Source of the DNA: Klebsormidium nitens
Lineage: Eukaryota > Plantae > Klebsormidiophyceae
Direction: 5' to 3'
Length of the DNA: 64,000 nucleotides
NCBI GenBank assembly: GCA_000708835.1
Contig: DF237450.1
Coordinates: forward strand, 1 to 64,000
Notes under the pieces: model-generated
What the model saw: the letters and a program-made list of their open reading frames with translations, nothing else
What the model was told of the DNA's origin: nothing
The model's database searches: none
Translations under genes and position numbers: made by a program
Shown: piece after piece, positions 48,001 to 59,500 of the stretch
Layout: the number at the start of each line of letters is the position of its first letter
Position numbering within the stretch: the stretch's first letter is position 1

Positions 48001-51000
48001 GGACCCAGACTTATTTGGTCGTGATCAATTCGACCCTCGGAATGGCACTTGGGATTCTCACTAGGAGTGGTTGCCTTGGGTGACGCTATCTAACATGCGC
48101 GCTGCAGTCTTCTTCAGAGGTTTTTGTGTATATTCAGTGAAGCGATGCCTTTGGTCGTTGCAAACGCATTGACAAGTCTCAGATTATCATCTGGTCAATA
48201 AAGTCCATTGGACGGGCTTCGGATGTCAGTGGCATTACACTAGTTTCTCCAGAGTGGCTGGGGTGGCTTGGTGCGGGTGGCGAACACTCATGTCCAAGCC
48301 TCTTCGTTGCACATGATCGAGAGTAAGAGCCTGGCGTTTCGCCATGCCTCCTGCCTTGTTTCCTGATGATGCCAAGAGACATGCTAGCGAAGGTTGTTGT
48401 CCTTCTATCGCGTCAAGCGGGAAACAGGCGTTCAGAAGGTATTAACCGGCAGACCAAGAAGGGGAATCAATAAGGTTTGGGGTAAAGGATCCTCCCAATC
48501 TGTCGAGAGATCGTACACCGTTGAGTTTGAGGAGTCGTCTTTCTAAATAGAAGTCAGAGTAGATACATTTGAATTATCCTGCTCGCCTTGCACGGGGGTC
48601 ACTTGGTTTGAAAGACTGATTTCTGTGCCTTTCAAGTCTCCGTTAAGAGAGCCGGCGAAAGATAAGCTCACTTGGAGAACCTTCTGTCTCAAGATGGAGT
48701 GGCGCCTTTGGTGTTTAAACCTCTCTTGCGTTTGGGCACTACACACAATCGACCTCTGAAGTGCGGCTGATGGCGATGCAAAGCCTCCAAGAGAGGCTCA
48801 CGTGTAGCGCCAGTCGAAGGACCAGTCGAGCGTGGTACTTACAACTACCAAGTTCCGCTCGAGCACTGTCGCACCCGGATTTGGTCCTCTTTCGCCGTTT
48901 TACCTGTCACAAAAGAAAATCTACAATGTACTAGTCCTGGCCGATTTGGGTTCAGGTAAATTATCCAACCCCATTCGCATCAAGCTTTGGCAATCTTGTG
49001 ACCCCTGGTCGGCTGATGCTCCTTCTCGACTCAGGATCTTTACATGCCTCTGTAAGAAGGCTGTGTTCCTTGTCGCATGCATTCGAGAGGGCCGCCAATC
49101 GCTTTTATTCGAAAGGGTATCGTCTGAGCTGGGTCGCTTTCTCGGGAAGCCGGGTCGTCTGTCTGGCTCCGCGTGTTCTGATCTCTTTTCGAACGTACCA
49201 TGTTCAGCTCCTTTCCCATGCCTCTGGCTGACAGTGTCCGGCTATGAAAATTGCTCCGTGGGACTTCTCTCCACGTCCTCAAACTTCCGATGCCGTAAAA
49301 GGTTTCGCTTGATTTTGGAGGATGCTTTTGCAAGAGCCGGCTTGAGGCAACAAACGCTCTTGCCAGGTGTTTCTTTGCAATTTCGAAATTTCGCTGTGGA
49401 CCTTGTGATGAGATTGCGTCTCAAGCAGCATAGCCTGACTGCCAGGCGAGCAACACTGCCAGGTCATCTTCTCATACATCTTGTTGCAATTTCTAGCTCG
49501 CTTTACGTGGTCTGCGGCTCAAGATTCGTATTGGGTGCCAGGCTACCAACCGAGGTGTTCTTGTCAATAGTCTCGTTCGTTGTCAAACCTCAGGTCTTCG
49601 AGATGGGCTGCTGGACTCTCCTGTAATGCACGTGTCTGTCAGCAATTTTGACTGTAAACGGACTTCCGCAATTTACGAGCCCTACATCCGTATGGGCCTC
49701 AAAAAAGTTCAACGAGCCAGCTCTAACGGCTTCGGTTTCGCTCCTCAGTTGCATGAAAAGACGTTGGTGTCTCGCATTGAAAGGAGCTATCGGAACAATC
49801 CGCAGATTCGTAGCTCTTACAGCCGGGAAAGCTTCCAGACTGGATACCCTAGATTCCAAACCCTGAACCTGCAGGTGCGCGACAGGGCATCCAGGAACAT
49901 AATCTTCCAGGCTCCAACCAGGTTTTCTCCCAACCCTACCTGCTAATGTCACATAGACCCTACTTCAAACCCCGATTGTAACTGATTGCTCTTCACCCGC
50001 AGGTGCGCGACCGGACGTCCGCGCACGGCACCTTCCAGGCTGGCAACCGGAATGGCTATCAACCCGGGCAACCGACATCCCTGACATGCAATCTCCTTAT
50101 CGAACCCTAACCTAGGATTTCAACCCAAAACTCCAACCCCGCAGGTGCGCGACCGGACGTCCGTGTACGGATCCTTCCAGGCCGGCAACCGACACCGCTA
50201 CCAATCCTGACATGCAAACCTAATATCGAAACACCCAATTTTAAGTCTCAACCCGAAATTCCAACCCGGCAGGTGCGCGACCGGACGTCCGTGTATGGGA
50301 CCTTCCAGGCTGGCAGCCACGTGATGCAGTACGGCGAGCTGGCAATCGACGAGGAGGACGTGGCGGAGTACATCGGGAGCGACCCCGCCAACGACAAGGC
50401 CTCGCGCCTAGTTGGCGCCGCGCAGGGGAGCGTGCTGCAGCGCGACGCGGACCTGCTGCACCTCTGGCACAAGGTGGGCCGGTTTTGGAAGCTTTGAGGT
50501 TTTGAAGATTTCGGGTTTCGGGTTTTTGGAGCTTTCAGGTTCGTTTGAACCGGTTATCCAAACCCCAAATTTGTACCCCAGCTTTGAACGGAGGCGACCA
50601 GTCGCCAGGGTTTACGGGCCTGCGGAAGAAGTAGAACCTTTGACTTTGAGCGAAGAAGCTTCTTTCAATGAACCCGTCTCTACAAGGTTCTCCCTAATTT
50701 GAAATAGCCCCAAACTGTTCTGCGACTTGCGCGAACCTTGTATTGCATTTCCCACCTTCTTCCACCTCGGATTCCAACCGCCGGTTGACCCAACGATTCC
50801 AACCTCGGCCCGGAACGATTCCTTCCTGCTAAGACTCTGATGTCATGGATGGTTTCATTACACAACCGACCGTTGCCGTCAATCCGTTTCTTCTTCGTAA
50901 TCTCTGTAACTTCTTTTTGCATCTTCCAGCGCAGGGAGCCGCCGCTTTCGATTCGCTACCCTTTACTTTTCCATCTCACCATCTTTGAGTTTGATTTGAT

Positions 51001-52657
51001 AGGGATACTGTAGCTGATACTTGAAAAGAGCACGTGGGGCCTGTGACACTCCGTTCTCTCCGCTTGCTACTTGAAACAATTGGAATTTCACCGTCCCCGG
51101 TGTTGTACTCAAAACGCCTTGTCATCCGATCTTAGCGGATTGCTCTGGCAGCCAACTGCGCGTGTTTCCTGGCAACTCGTGCATCAAGAATGGTCGAAAC
51201 ACTCCGCTCATCTTTCTCTTGCAATGTCGCTCGCAGTACTCGAACGCCCCCGCAGGCTCGCAGCGCAAGGCGGATGCCCTCGAGGAGTTCAGCAGGCAGA
51301 CCAGCACGCGCGCGCACGTCGACAAATCGGTCACTGCGATCGGGATGATTGTGAGCCACCCGGCTTTCTTGTGCTTTGCCGTGTCCCTTCGAACGAATCC
51401 TGCTGCTTTTAAAGCTTGATCGGTATCCAGGCGGTCTGATCAGGTCCTCAACCAGAAGGATGCCGTGGAAATACAATGGCACACCACGGAAGTGATATGG
51501 TTGCACGCACTTTATGCAAGAGCTTCGGCGGCAAAGCATGAGAAGAGGACATCTAGCGATTGACGTGGCATGAGTGATTGCCTTCTTTTACTTGGCCGAT
51601 ATTCTTGGACGTCATGGCTCCACCTATGTATCAGGAGGGTAAGAGACTCGAGGCGGTGAACCGTCTTATCAACAAATTACAATCTAACAAGTCGGACACA
51701 ACTTCGAACAGACGCACGACTCCTGTCTTCGAAGTTGTCGTGACGTCATCATCCGTCATTTGCAGCTTTTCGGCAACCAGGACGAGCATACCGCTGTGAG
51801 GCCCGCAGGGTACCCGCTGGTGGACGACTGGGACTGCCTCAAGGACCTGGTGAGCGTCCGAAATGTCACCCGCGTCCGAATTGTGAACCCCGTCCGAATT
51901 TCTCGCACGTCCGAAAATGGTACCCGCGTCCGAATTGTCACCTGCGTCCGAATTGTCACCCGCGTCCGAATTTCCCGCGCGTCCGAAAATGCGACCCGTG
52001 TCCGACTGTGTACTGGTGTCCGAGATGGGCGTTCGAGATGTCTGTGTCCTGATTGAAGCACACGGAATTGACCGAGTTATTTGCCGCCGTTCGAGTCGTT
52101 ATGGTAGCCGAGAGTTCAATCTTGCTGGCCCGGTGGACCAAGTACTAGGCCTGGACTCTGAAGATGAATGTTTTTTTCGAAGTTTTACTGATTTGTTTGA
52201 TTGCTGTCCGTGAGAGTACTTTTATCCGTGCTTCAATCAGTGTTGGTCTGCCTTCCACTTTCTTGATACCTCTCAATGTCCTTGCTACGAACATGCTGAG
52301 TCGGATCCCCTGTCTTCTTTAACAATCGCATCCATGTTTGGGCACCCGTCTTCTTTGCTTGAGCTTGAATTCTCCGCTGAAGATAGTATTTTCTTACACA
52401 GTAGCCAGCTTAATCTGAACGATCGCATCAGTTGTCTTCGGGCTGCTCTGATTCTGCAATGCTCATGTGCCCAGGTTCGGACATACGAATCGCGCTGCGG
52501 GCTGCTTACGGAGTACGGGATGAAGCACATGCGCTCGTTTGCCAACATGTGCAACGCGGGCTTCACGAACGCCGACGTGGACGCCGCAGCCGTGCAAGCG
52601 TGCGCGCATACTCCGCTGCGCGCGCATGCGCGTCCCTTTGCAACATTCAGCGCGTAG
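42060..52657 (+). CDS. VPE: Vacuolar processing enzyme / legumain (asparaginyl endopeptidase, peptidase C13; 9 exons, 475 aa)
   Basis: Exons 42060-42248, 43001-43165, 44179-44335, 45117-45268, 45690-45872, 50273-50473, 51237-51350, 51766-51849, 52475-52657; phases join (1428 nt). Signal peptide; [25 protein letters not shown]; catalytic His in SDHGGPG and Cys in EACESGS; prodomain [31 protein letters not shown]; ends FSA. Confidence 0.96.
44690..45175 (+). repeat. Decayed upstream copies of the VPE exon 4 acceptor and exon start
   Basis: cag|gcatgcc(a/c/g)accctcccct...gccaacga with AG at 44695-96, 44958-59 and the functional 45115-16; partial copy ctgtacgccaacga at about 44840. Confidence 0.88.
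45810..46392 (+). repeat. Decayed downstream copies of the VPE exon 5 3' end and donor
   Basis: gaggtgcacaacctgaacaaggagacgctcgaggaccagtacaagatg|gtga; functional donor after 45872, copies with GT retained after 46025, 46192 and 46385. Confidence 0.9.
49860..50320 (+). repeat. Three upstream copies (128-142 bp period) of the VPE exon 6 acceptor and exon start
   Basis: gcag|gtgcgcgac.gg.c.tcc.......cttccaggc with AG at 49873-74, 50001-02, 50143-44 and the functional 50271-72. Confidence 0.92.
51855..52006 (+). repeat. 18-bp minisatellite, 9 copies, VPE intron 8
   Basis: gtccga starts at 51856, 51874, 51892, 51909, 51928, 51946, 51964, 51981 and 52000; consensus cgcgtccgaattgtcacc. Confidence 0.9.
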
Positions 52658-54932
52658 GCGATATAGGTGCTGGTCGGGGGGTGATGTATAGACTACGCAT
52701 CGGCGCGGATACTTTGTGATGTCGCTGTAAATAGTTGGAATGATTACATAGCATTTGCAACTCTAATTTGAATAGGTTGTTCACAAGTATGTGCAGTTCC
52801 TGTTTACAAGGTAACATAGTGGATAATTGATAGACGTGCTGCAACTAAGCAAGATACAATTGGGAGACGTTCAGACAGCGACACTTCTTTTGTGCTTCTC
52901 AAGCGTACATCTGAAGACGACTTGAAATCGTAAGGTAGGAACCTTTTCTTCTGAGACGGAGATGCGGGTAGATTGACCATACCGAATTTTCGAGAAACTT
53001 TTTAAACTGCATGTCACACTTACACTGGAGCTTCTACATGACTGGCGGCTCAAAGAGAATGTTCCAACCCGCGTAGTATATATTACCAGTTGCAATCAAT
53101 GTAATTTAGTACATTACAACTTGATGCGCATGCTGCAGCTACTTGTGCAATGGCGACCGGTAATCTCGATACTGTACGGTACTATCCCCGGCCCATATGC
53201 CGATCATGCATGATCAACATGTGCCAGCTCATGTTAAACCCATCCTGCCTCGTAACATGCATATCCGACCCGGCCGGGGATGACATGCAAGCATCAACTT
53301 GCACAATGCAATATGCAACCCGTTTACAGCAACGCAAATGCCAATGATGCAACTGTAAGCATGGGCTCGTGTGTATATATATGAACACCAAATTGACGTC
53401 CAAGTGGGAGGTTGCCCTGAACAATTGCAGCAGCCAAAACATGTAGGTCCGTATTCTAGCAACTAGCTCCAATTGAGGATGCCTCCGCAATTGATTCGGT
53501 TTCTATTGAGCTGTTGAGCATAACGTATAACCTTACTCGTCGACACAAGAGGAAGTCATAGGACTTATCATCACTTTGAAAGAGACACAGCCTCGCTGTT
53601 CTATTCAACAAGTAGTCTGTCTAAACCTAGTTCATGTTCGGGGCTATCCTCCAATTCAAACAACTCAGGTTCTCCCAGGTTGTATCAGCTTGGACGCACA
53701 ACCTTTTTCTCTATCCAGCTTGAACACTGCTGTCCCATTAGACAAAAGGGCTGATTGCAAACAAAAACTTCCTACGCTTTCCAAGTCTGCTTGCTCGACC
53801 AGATTTGCTTGCTCCAAAACACTCGAAAACCAGAACAAAGCCACAACCAAGAGCATGGCACCGACTTTGGTACAACTTTGAAAGACACAACAACAATGCA
53901 CGAAGGTAAAATAGGCTCTCTTCAGTTCAGGTCTCCAGTTTTTTCCACACTGTCATTAAGACAGCTCGGTAGAACGAAAGTTTTTGATCATCATCAGAGA
54001 GCTGGCTACACAAAACTGAAAAGCAGAGGGGCTTTGTTTTCCCATGAATGACCCAACTTGAAACGGCAAAGCAAGCATGTCAAACGGAAACCATACTACA
54101 GCGGTCCATGGCAATGAGTCATTGAATGTTTGATGTCATCTCATCAAGACTGAGAGGTGCACTGTGCTTGCTGTCAGGATTTCCGTTTCCTCTCATCCGC
54201 AGCCAAAGACCACGTCCGAAGGTGTCCTAAGATTTGGTTGAAGTTCATCATCCAGCGTGCACAGGGCCTCTTTTCAAAAAATGTGCAAATGATAGCTAAG
54301 CCTTCTCAGGGCTAACAGAGCAGCTTCAAAACTGTCGTGCCACAACTGGTGAGGGTGTACTGATAAGGAGTCAGAAAGAACGCAGTGATTGTGTAATCAC
54401 GGTTGATCAGGTCAAGTGTTGGATATCAGGTTGTATCATCATCCTCCGAGAAAGGTTCACCCTCACCAATGGGCTTCATTTTTGAACACAACGAGATCTC
54501 TCACATGGAGAAGGGAGTCAGGCGTGGGAAACTCGAGAAGCTTGCTCTGGAGTGGTCGACACCCAGCGGCAAAGAGAAATTTAGCAGCCACTCAAAAAAG
54601 CTCGCTATGTGTGGTTGGTTTGTAACTGGCCCAGCAGCTGGCAACAGTGCGCAAGACTCATGTCGTGGTCGTATGTAGAGTCGGCGGAATCGTCGGAGGA
54701 CAAAGCGAGGGCGTGTCCTTGCTTTGGAATCTGTACGCGAAGCAACGGCGAAACCAGATCAGTTTGAGCTTGACCGCCTGGCCTTCATTGTTCAAACTTG
54801 AACGACTACTCGGAAGTGGTTGGCGAAAGGAAGCAGAACACGAGTAGAAACCCCAGAAAGATGGTCAGAAAAGCCCAGACTAGCAAATGTCGCAAAGCGA
54901 TTGAGCGTACAGTCAGTGTTCCTGCCGCTCAC

Positions 54933-55057
54933 CCAAGCTCAGCTTTTAATCTCCTCAATTTATGGGACGGGCTTGGCCTGTGGGGGTCAAAGGAGCTCGT
55001 ACGGAGATAGAAATCGAGGGAGTCTGGCGATCCAGAGAGCATGCCATCAGAGATATA
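54933..55057 (-). other. Exon-like block of an unassembled minus-strand transcript
   Basis: ttcttcttgttgcatctttgacag|TATATC...GAGCTTGG|gtgagc; 125 nt open in one frame (YISDGMLSGSPDSLDFYLRTSSFDPHRPSPSHKLRRLKAELG). Could not be joined into a full CDS. Confidence 0.3.
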
Positions 55058-56570
55058 CTGTCAAAGATGCAACAAGAAGAAAACGTTCACCTCTGGCTTA
55101 GAATACAAAGCAAGCGTTCCCGAACAACTGACCAGGCCAATGAGAGCCACCCGCAAACATGTCAAAAAACAAATCGGGGCAATGCGGGTGCGGTAAAGGT
55201 CAGTGGCATTGAGGACAGAAAGTTGTACAGAGAAATGACTTGGAAGGCGAAGAGAGTAGGGTGCAAAACATATCACTCATATGTTGCAGCATTGAAAACA
55301 AATGTCCGTCAATCAGTCTCAAAGTACACACCACCCCAGTGCCACACCCTGCTCTCAGTACAGATCTTGGTTTGATAATCCCCACAGTTTTGTGTCGGAA
55401 TTAGCATGGTATGTTAACATCATCGAGCAGGGCGGTGGATCAACAAACCAATTTGGTAAGGAGGCAATGATTGCAAAAACGTGCTAACACAAGGTACCAA
55501 AAGAACACAACTTCCTCTCCAAGTCATCCATTGCAAATTTTGAAGAAGCGCCAGCCAAAAGACCTGGTAACGAGTCACAGAACGAATTATGCACCTTTTC
55601 CTGAATACACCACCTCTTCAATCACTTGATGCCAGCAAGAAGAAACTTGTACCTTACAACAGAATGCACACTGCCCAGAAAGGCATGAACTCACCTTACT
55701 CCGACCTGCCAGCAGCGAAGAAGGGCAATGGTTTGCTCCACAAACTGGCGGGACAAGCTAAGTAGGTGACAAGCGCTGCCGGTCCAAGTATCTCGTCCGC
55801 CAACGTAGAGATCTCTTAAAGGAAACCCCCATGATTGAAGAAGCGTAGAGAATGGGAGAAGAACCTGCGAGTGCCAGCGCTGTGCGCTGGCAAGAAATGC
55901 GCTCGCTGCTCAGCTCGAGTCCTGAAGAATGTGAACCATTTGCACTGGCAGGCTGGCACCACTGCTGAGGAATGCAGGCCTAATTAAGAGCAGTGCTGCC
56001 AAGCGGAAGCCCGTACTGCTAGCGGAAGCCCGCAGCGGAACGGTCTTTCAGTCTCACCCTTGGAGCGTTACCCAGTGAATTGACACTACAAACAGCTTTG
56101 TCGCTTGTCTGCAATACGCACCTGCTAAAGTTGCTAGCTTGCCCGAGTGAAGTGGCCGTCTTCCCGCCAAACCATTGGAATATCAAGGACGAAGCGGAAT
56201 CAGTTGAAGGGAAGCTTGCATTGCATGAGAGCGCACAGAGCCTTTCAATGTTTCATTTATCAATCAACTTCGATCAAGCAGTGCGCTGCTTCTCTTTTGT
56301 CTTCCCCTTTGATTCCAAGCTTTGCTCAAGGGACACTACTTTAAGTTGTTGCCAAAAGAAGCAAGTTGCTGCAGCGATCATGTGGTGGGTTTGAAAGGCA
56401 ATGAGACGCAATTGCACGGCCCTCAGGAATAGATGAATATTGCAAAAGGCTGTTTACTTCTCATCTTGTAAACGCGTTGTTTTCTGTGGGGACACAATCG
56501 TGCCGAAGTTTGGAAATTCTGGTCAATTGGTCAGAGAAGTTGCTAAAGGTGGACCTACAAATGCTATAAT

Positions 56571-59500
56571 ATGCCTCGTGAGATCATCACCTTGCAAGTG
56601 GGCCAGTGCGGGAATCAGATTGGCACTGAATTCTGGAAGAAGCTCTGCCTGGAGCACGGGATCAGCAAGGATGGCATTTTGGAGGACTTTGCGACGCAGG
56701 CGAGTTTCAGCGGGGCACTGTAGCTGTCTCCTACTGATAAATCTTTGAAGTCTTTGCACTAGTCAGAGTGGTCCTTGCGCTAAAAGGTCTCCAACGCCAC
56801 AACTGAATTGGAGAAGAGTATGTTGTGCATCTGGTTGAAAAATGTGAAAGGAGGGCTCAAGTGCCACGTCTTGAGCCCCTTTTTTTGGTGGTATAAGACT
56901 GCTGGCTCAAACGCAAAGCCTGCGCGTCCAGCTAGCACAACTTACCAACGTGAGATTTGCGCTCTTATCGAACCCTGTGATTGTGCGCAGGGCGGGGACC
57001 GTAAGGACGTCTTCTTTTACCAAGCAGACGACGAGCACTATATTCCTAGGGCCCTGCTGTTAGATCTCGAGCCCCGGGTCATCAATACAATCCAGAACAG
57101 CGACTACAAAAACCTGTACAACCATGAGAACATGTACATAGCACAGCATGGGGGCGGGGCAGGGAACAACTGGGCCAGCGGCTATCAGCAGGTGGGGCAA
57201 AGTACACTTAATACTTTCCGCAAATGAACTCACATCATGGGGGAATTAAGATGGCAAATAAAGGGCACAATATTTCTTGTTGGGGGTGAGTATGGTGGTA
57301 AAAGAACTTCAACAATGACTTGTAATTGGCATGTTCCTGAAGTACCACCACCAGATGGTGGAGTCTCCCATCTTGTTAAAGTACTGTAAATTCAGCATCG
57401 TCACAGAAGGATGATTCCAACTTCTCTTAGTGTGGGAGTGCCTACACAGGGCCTAGTATTTGCACTTCGCTCACAGCTTTCTGAGACCTGGGGCTCTGCT
57501 GAATGCACAATCGCATAGACTGCAAGGACTCACGGAAGAAGCCGAGTTGTCATGAGAAATGTTGGGATAAGATCACTGCCATCTCAGACTGCAACATGTC
57601 AACCGGCTCTTGAACCAAAAGTTTTGCCTCTCTTTCAATAAAAATGCTCTCTGGCAGGGGCAAGAGGTACATGAAGAGATTCTGGAAATGATCGACCGAG
57701 AAGCAGACGGCAGCGACAGTCTGGAGGGCTTTGTCCTGTGCCACTCCATCGCCGGAGGAACGGGTTCAGGTGCGTCTGTGAAACCTCGAAGCAATGGTGC
57801 ACCTGTTGGGAGTGACCCACTCACCCACTTGAGAACATGCACCTGGCTGCTCCATAGAATGATGAACACGGTCTGCCTCTCTTGGGCTCACGACTCTGAT
57901 CTTGCTCCACTGTAGATTCAAAAAGATACGGTGGGCTTTCTTTTCAACTCTTGGAAGTTGTGTGTGATTTCAAGGACCTGGCAAGCCATTGCTGGATGTT
58001 TGAAATGTCTGGGAACTGGTAAAGTGACCGGGCACGGGGTTGATACAAAACAATGGGTCAAAAAGACGTACTGTCGGTATCCAATGAACACTCTCTGGTT
58101 TTGTACCGAGGATTGTCACTTCCATTCCTCTTCAAGGTATGGGCTCATAGCTCCTGGAGGCGCTGAACGACCGCTACGGCAAGAAGCTGCTCCAAACCCA
58201 CGGCATCTTCCCCAAAGCATGTGAAGTGTACTTAGTATGATTCAGGCCGGACACAGTACGAATTTCAAACCGAACACGTTACCCTTCTCTCCCAGGCATG
58301 GGCTCGTACCTCCTGGAGGCGCTGAACGACCGCTACGGCAAGAAGCTGGTCCAGACATACAGCGTGTTTCCCAACCAGCAGGATGGAGCCGACGTTGTTG
58401 TGCAGCCGTACAACTCCCTTCTCACACTCAAACGGCTCACCCTGAATGCGGACTGCGTGGTCGTCCTTGACAACACCGCTCTCAATAGGATAGCAGGTAA
58501 GTCTTTCGGCTTTCTTCCCCTTTCGAGTTTTGTCCAATTATGTTCCTAGTCTCGCCTGTGCTCGCTGGCGGCTCCACAAATAGTCAGGATAAAGCGAAGC
58601 GTGTTTTGAGGTCGTCTATAAAGTTGTAGTTTGTGAAGTAGCTGACTGTTGCACAGTGCCTTGCTCATCGCACCTGAGCGACAATACCATCGACTGGGGA
58701 CTGCTTGTCACTCGTCCTCGAAGTGAATCAGGAGAACCTTTCGTTTGGACTTGTAAAGGCGAGGGACCGATTGGTGGCCCTAAGCTGAGCCTCTGTCTCT
58801 CTATCTGGTCCGCGCAGAGAACCACCTCCACATCCAGAACCCCTCCTTCTCTGAGACCAACTCCCTCGTGTCCACTGTCATGTCCGCCAGGTAATTGTGC
58901 CACCCTACCGTTCTTCAATTCACTTCCATGTATCCAGTTTGTTTTCATATTCCGGGTTGTTTGACGTAGCATTCTCTTCTCTTTGCTCATAATGCGGGTT
59001 TGAATTGTAAAATCAATCCTTAGGTTGGGGGCAGACAGCCTGAAACACTTTCCTGCGACTTGAGTTGCATTCGACCTTTCTTCGGGCTTTGCGCCACAGT
59101 TCCGCCGTCTTCTGAGTCACAGCCTGGTCCCTCAAGCATAAATCGCCCAGGAACCGCGGATTGTCGGATTGTTTCTCGAGCATGACATTTCCGTTAACCC
59201 GTAGGCTCCTGAAAGTAAGAATTGGGGTCTCGCTCGTCGCTCGTCATCATTTACCCATCAATCCGCTATACCCTTATTACTGAAAGCCGAAAAGTGTTAG
59301 AGTACTCCGCAATTATGCTTCTTTTCCGTTACCGATCAGCACCATCACTCCGCTATACCTCGGTTACTTAAAACAGAAGTGCAAGAACACTCCGTAACTT
59401 TCTTTTTTCTTTCCTTTCCGTGCAGTACCACCACTCTGCGGTACCCCGGGTACATGAACAACGACCTGGTCGGTTTGGTTGCCTCCCTCATCCCGACCCC

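Noticed and set aside
54403-54678. HSKKLA in a 91-aa ORF resembling the PPR-DYW HSEKLA motif
   Set aside because: No CxxCH or DYW, no PPR repeats; a single short match is expected by chance.
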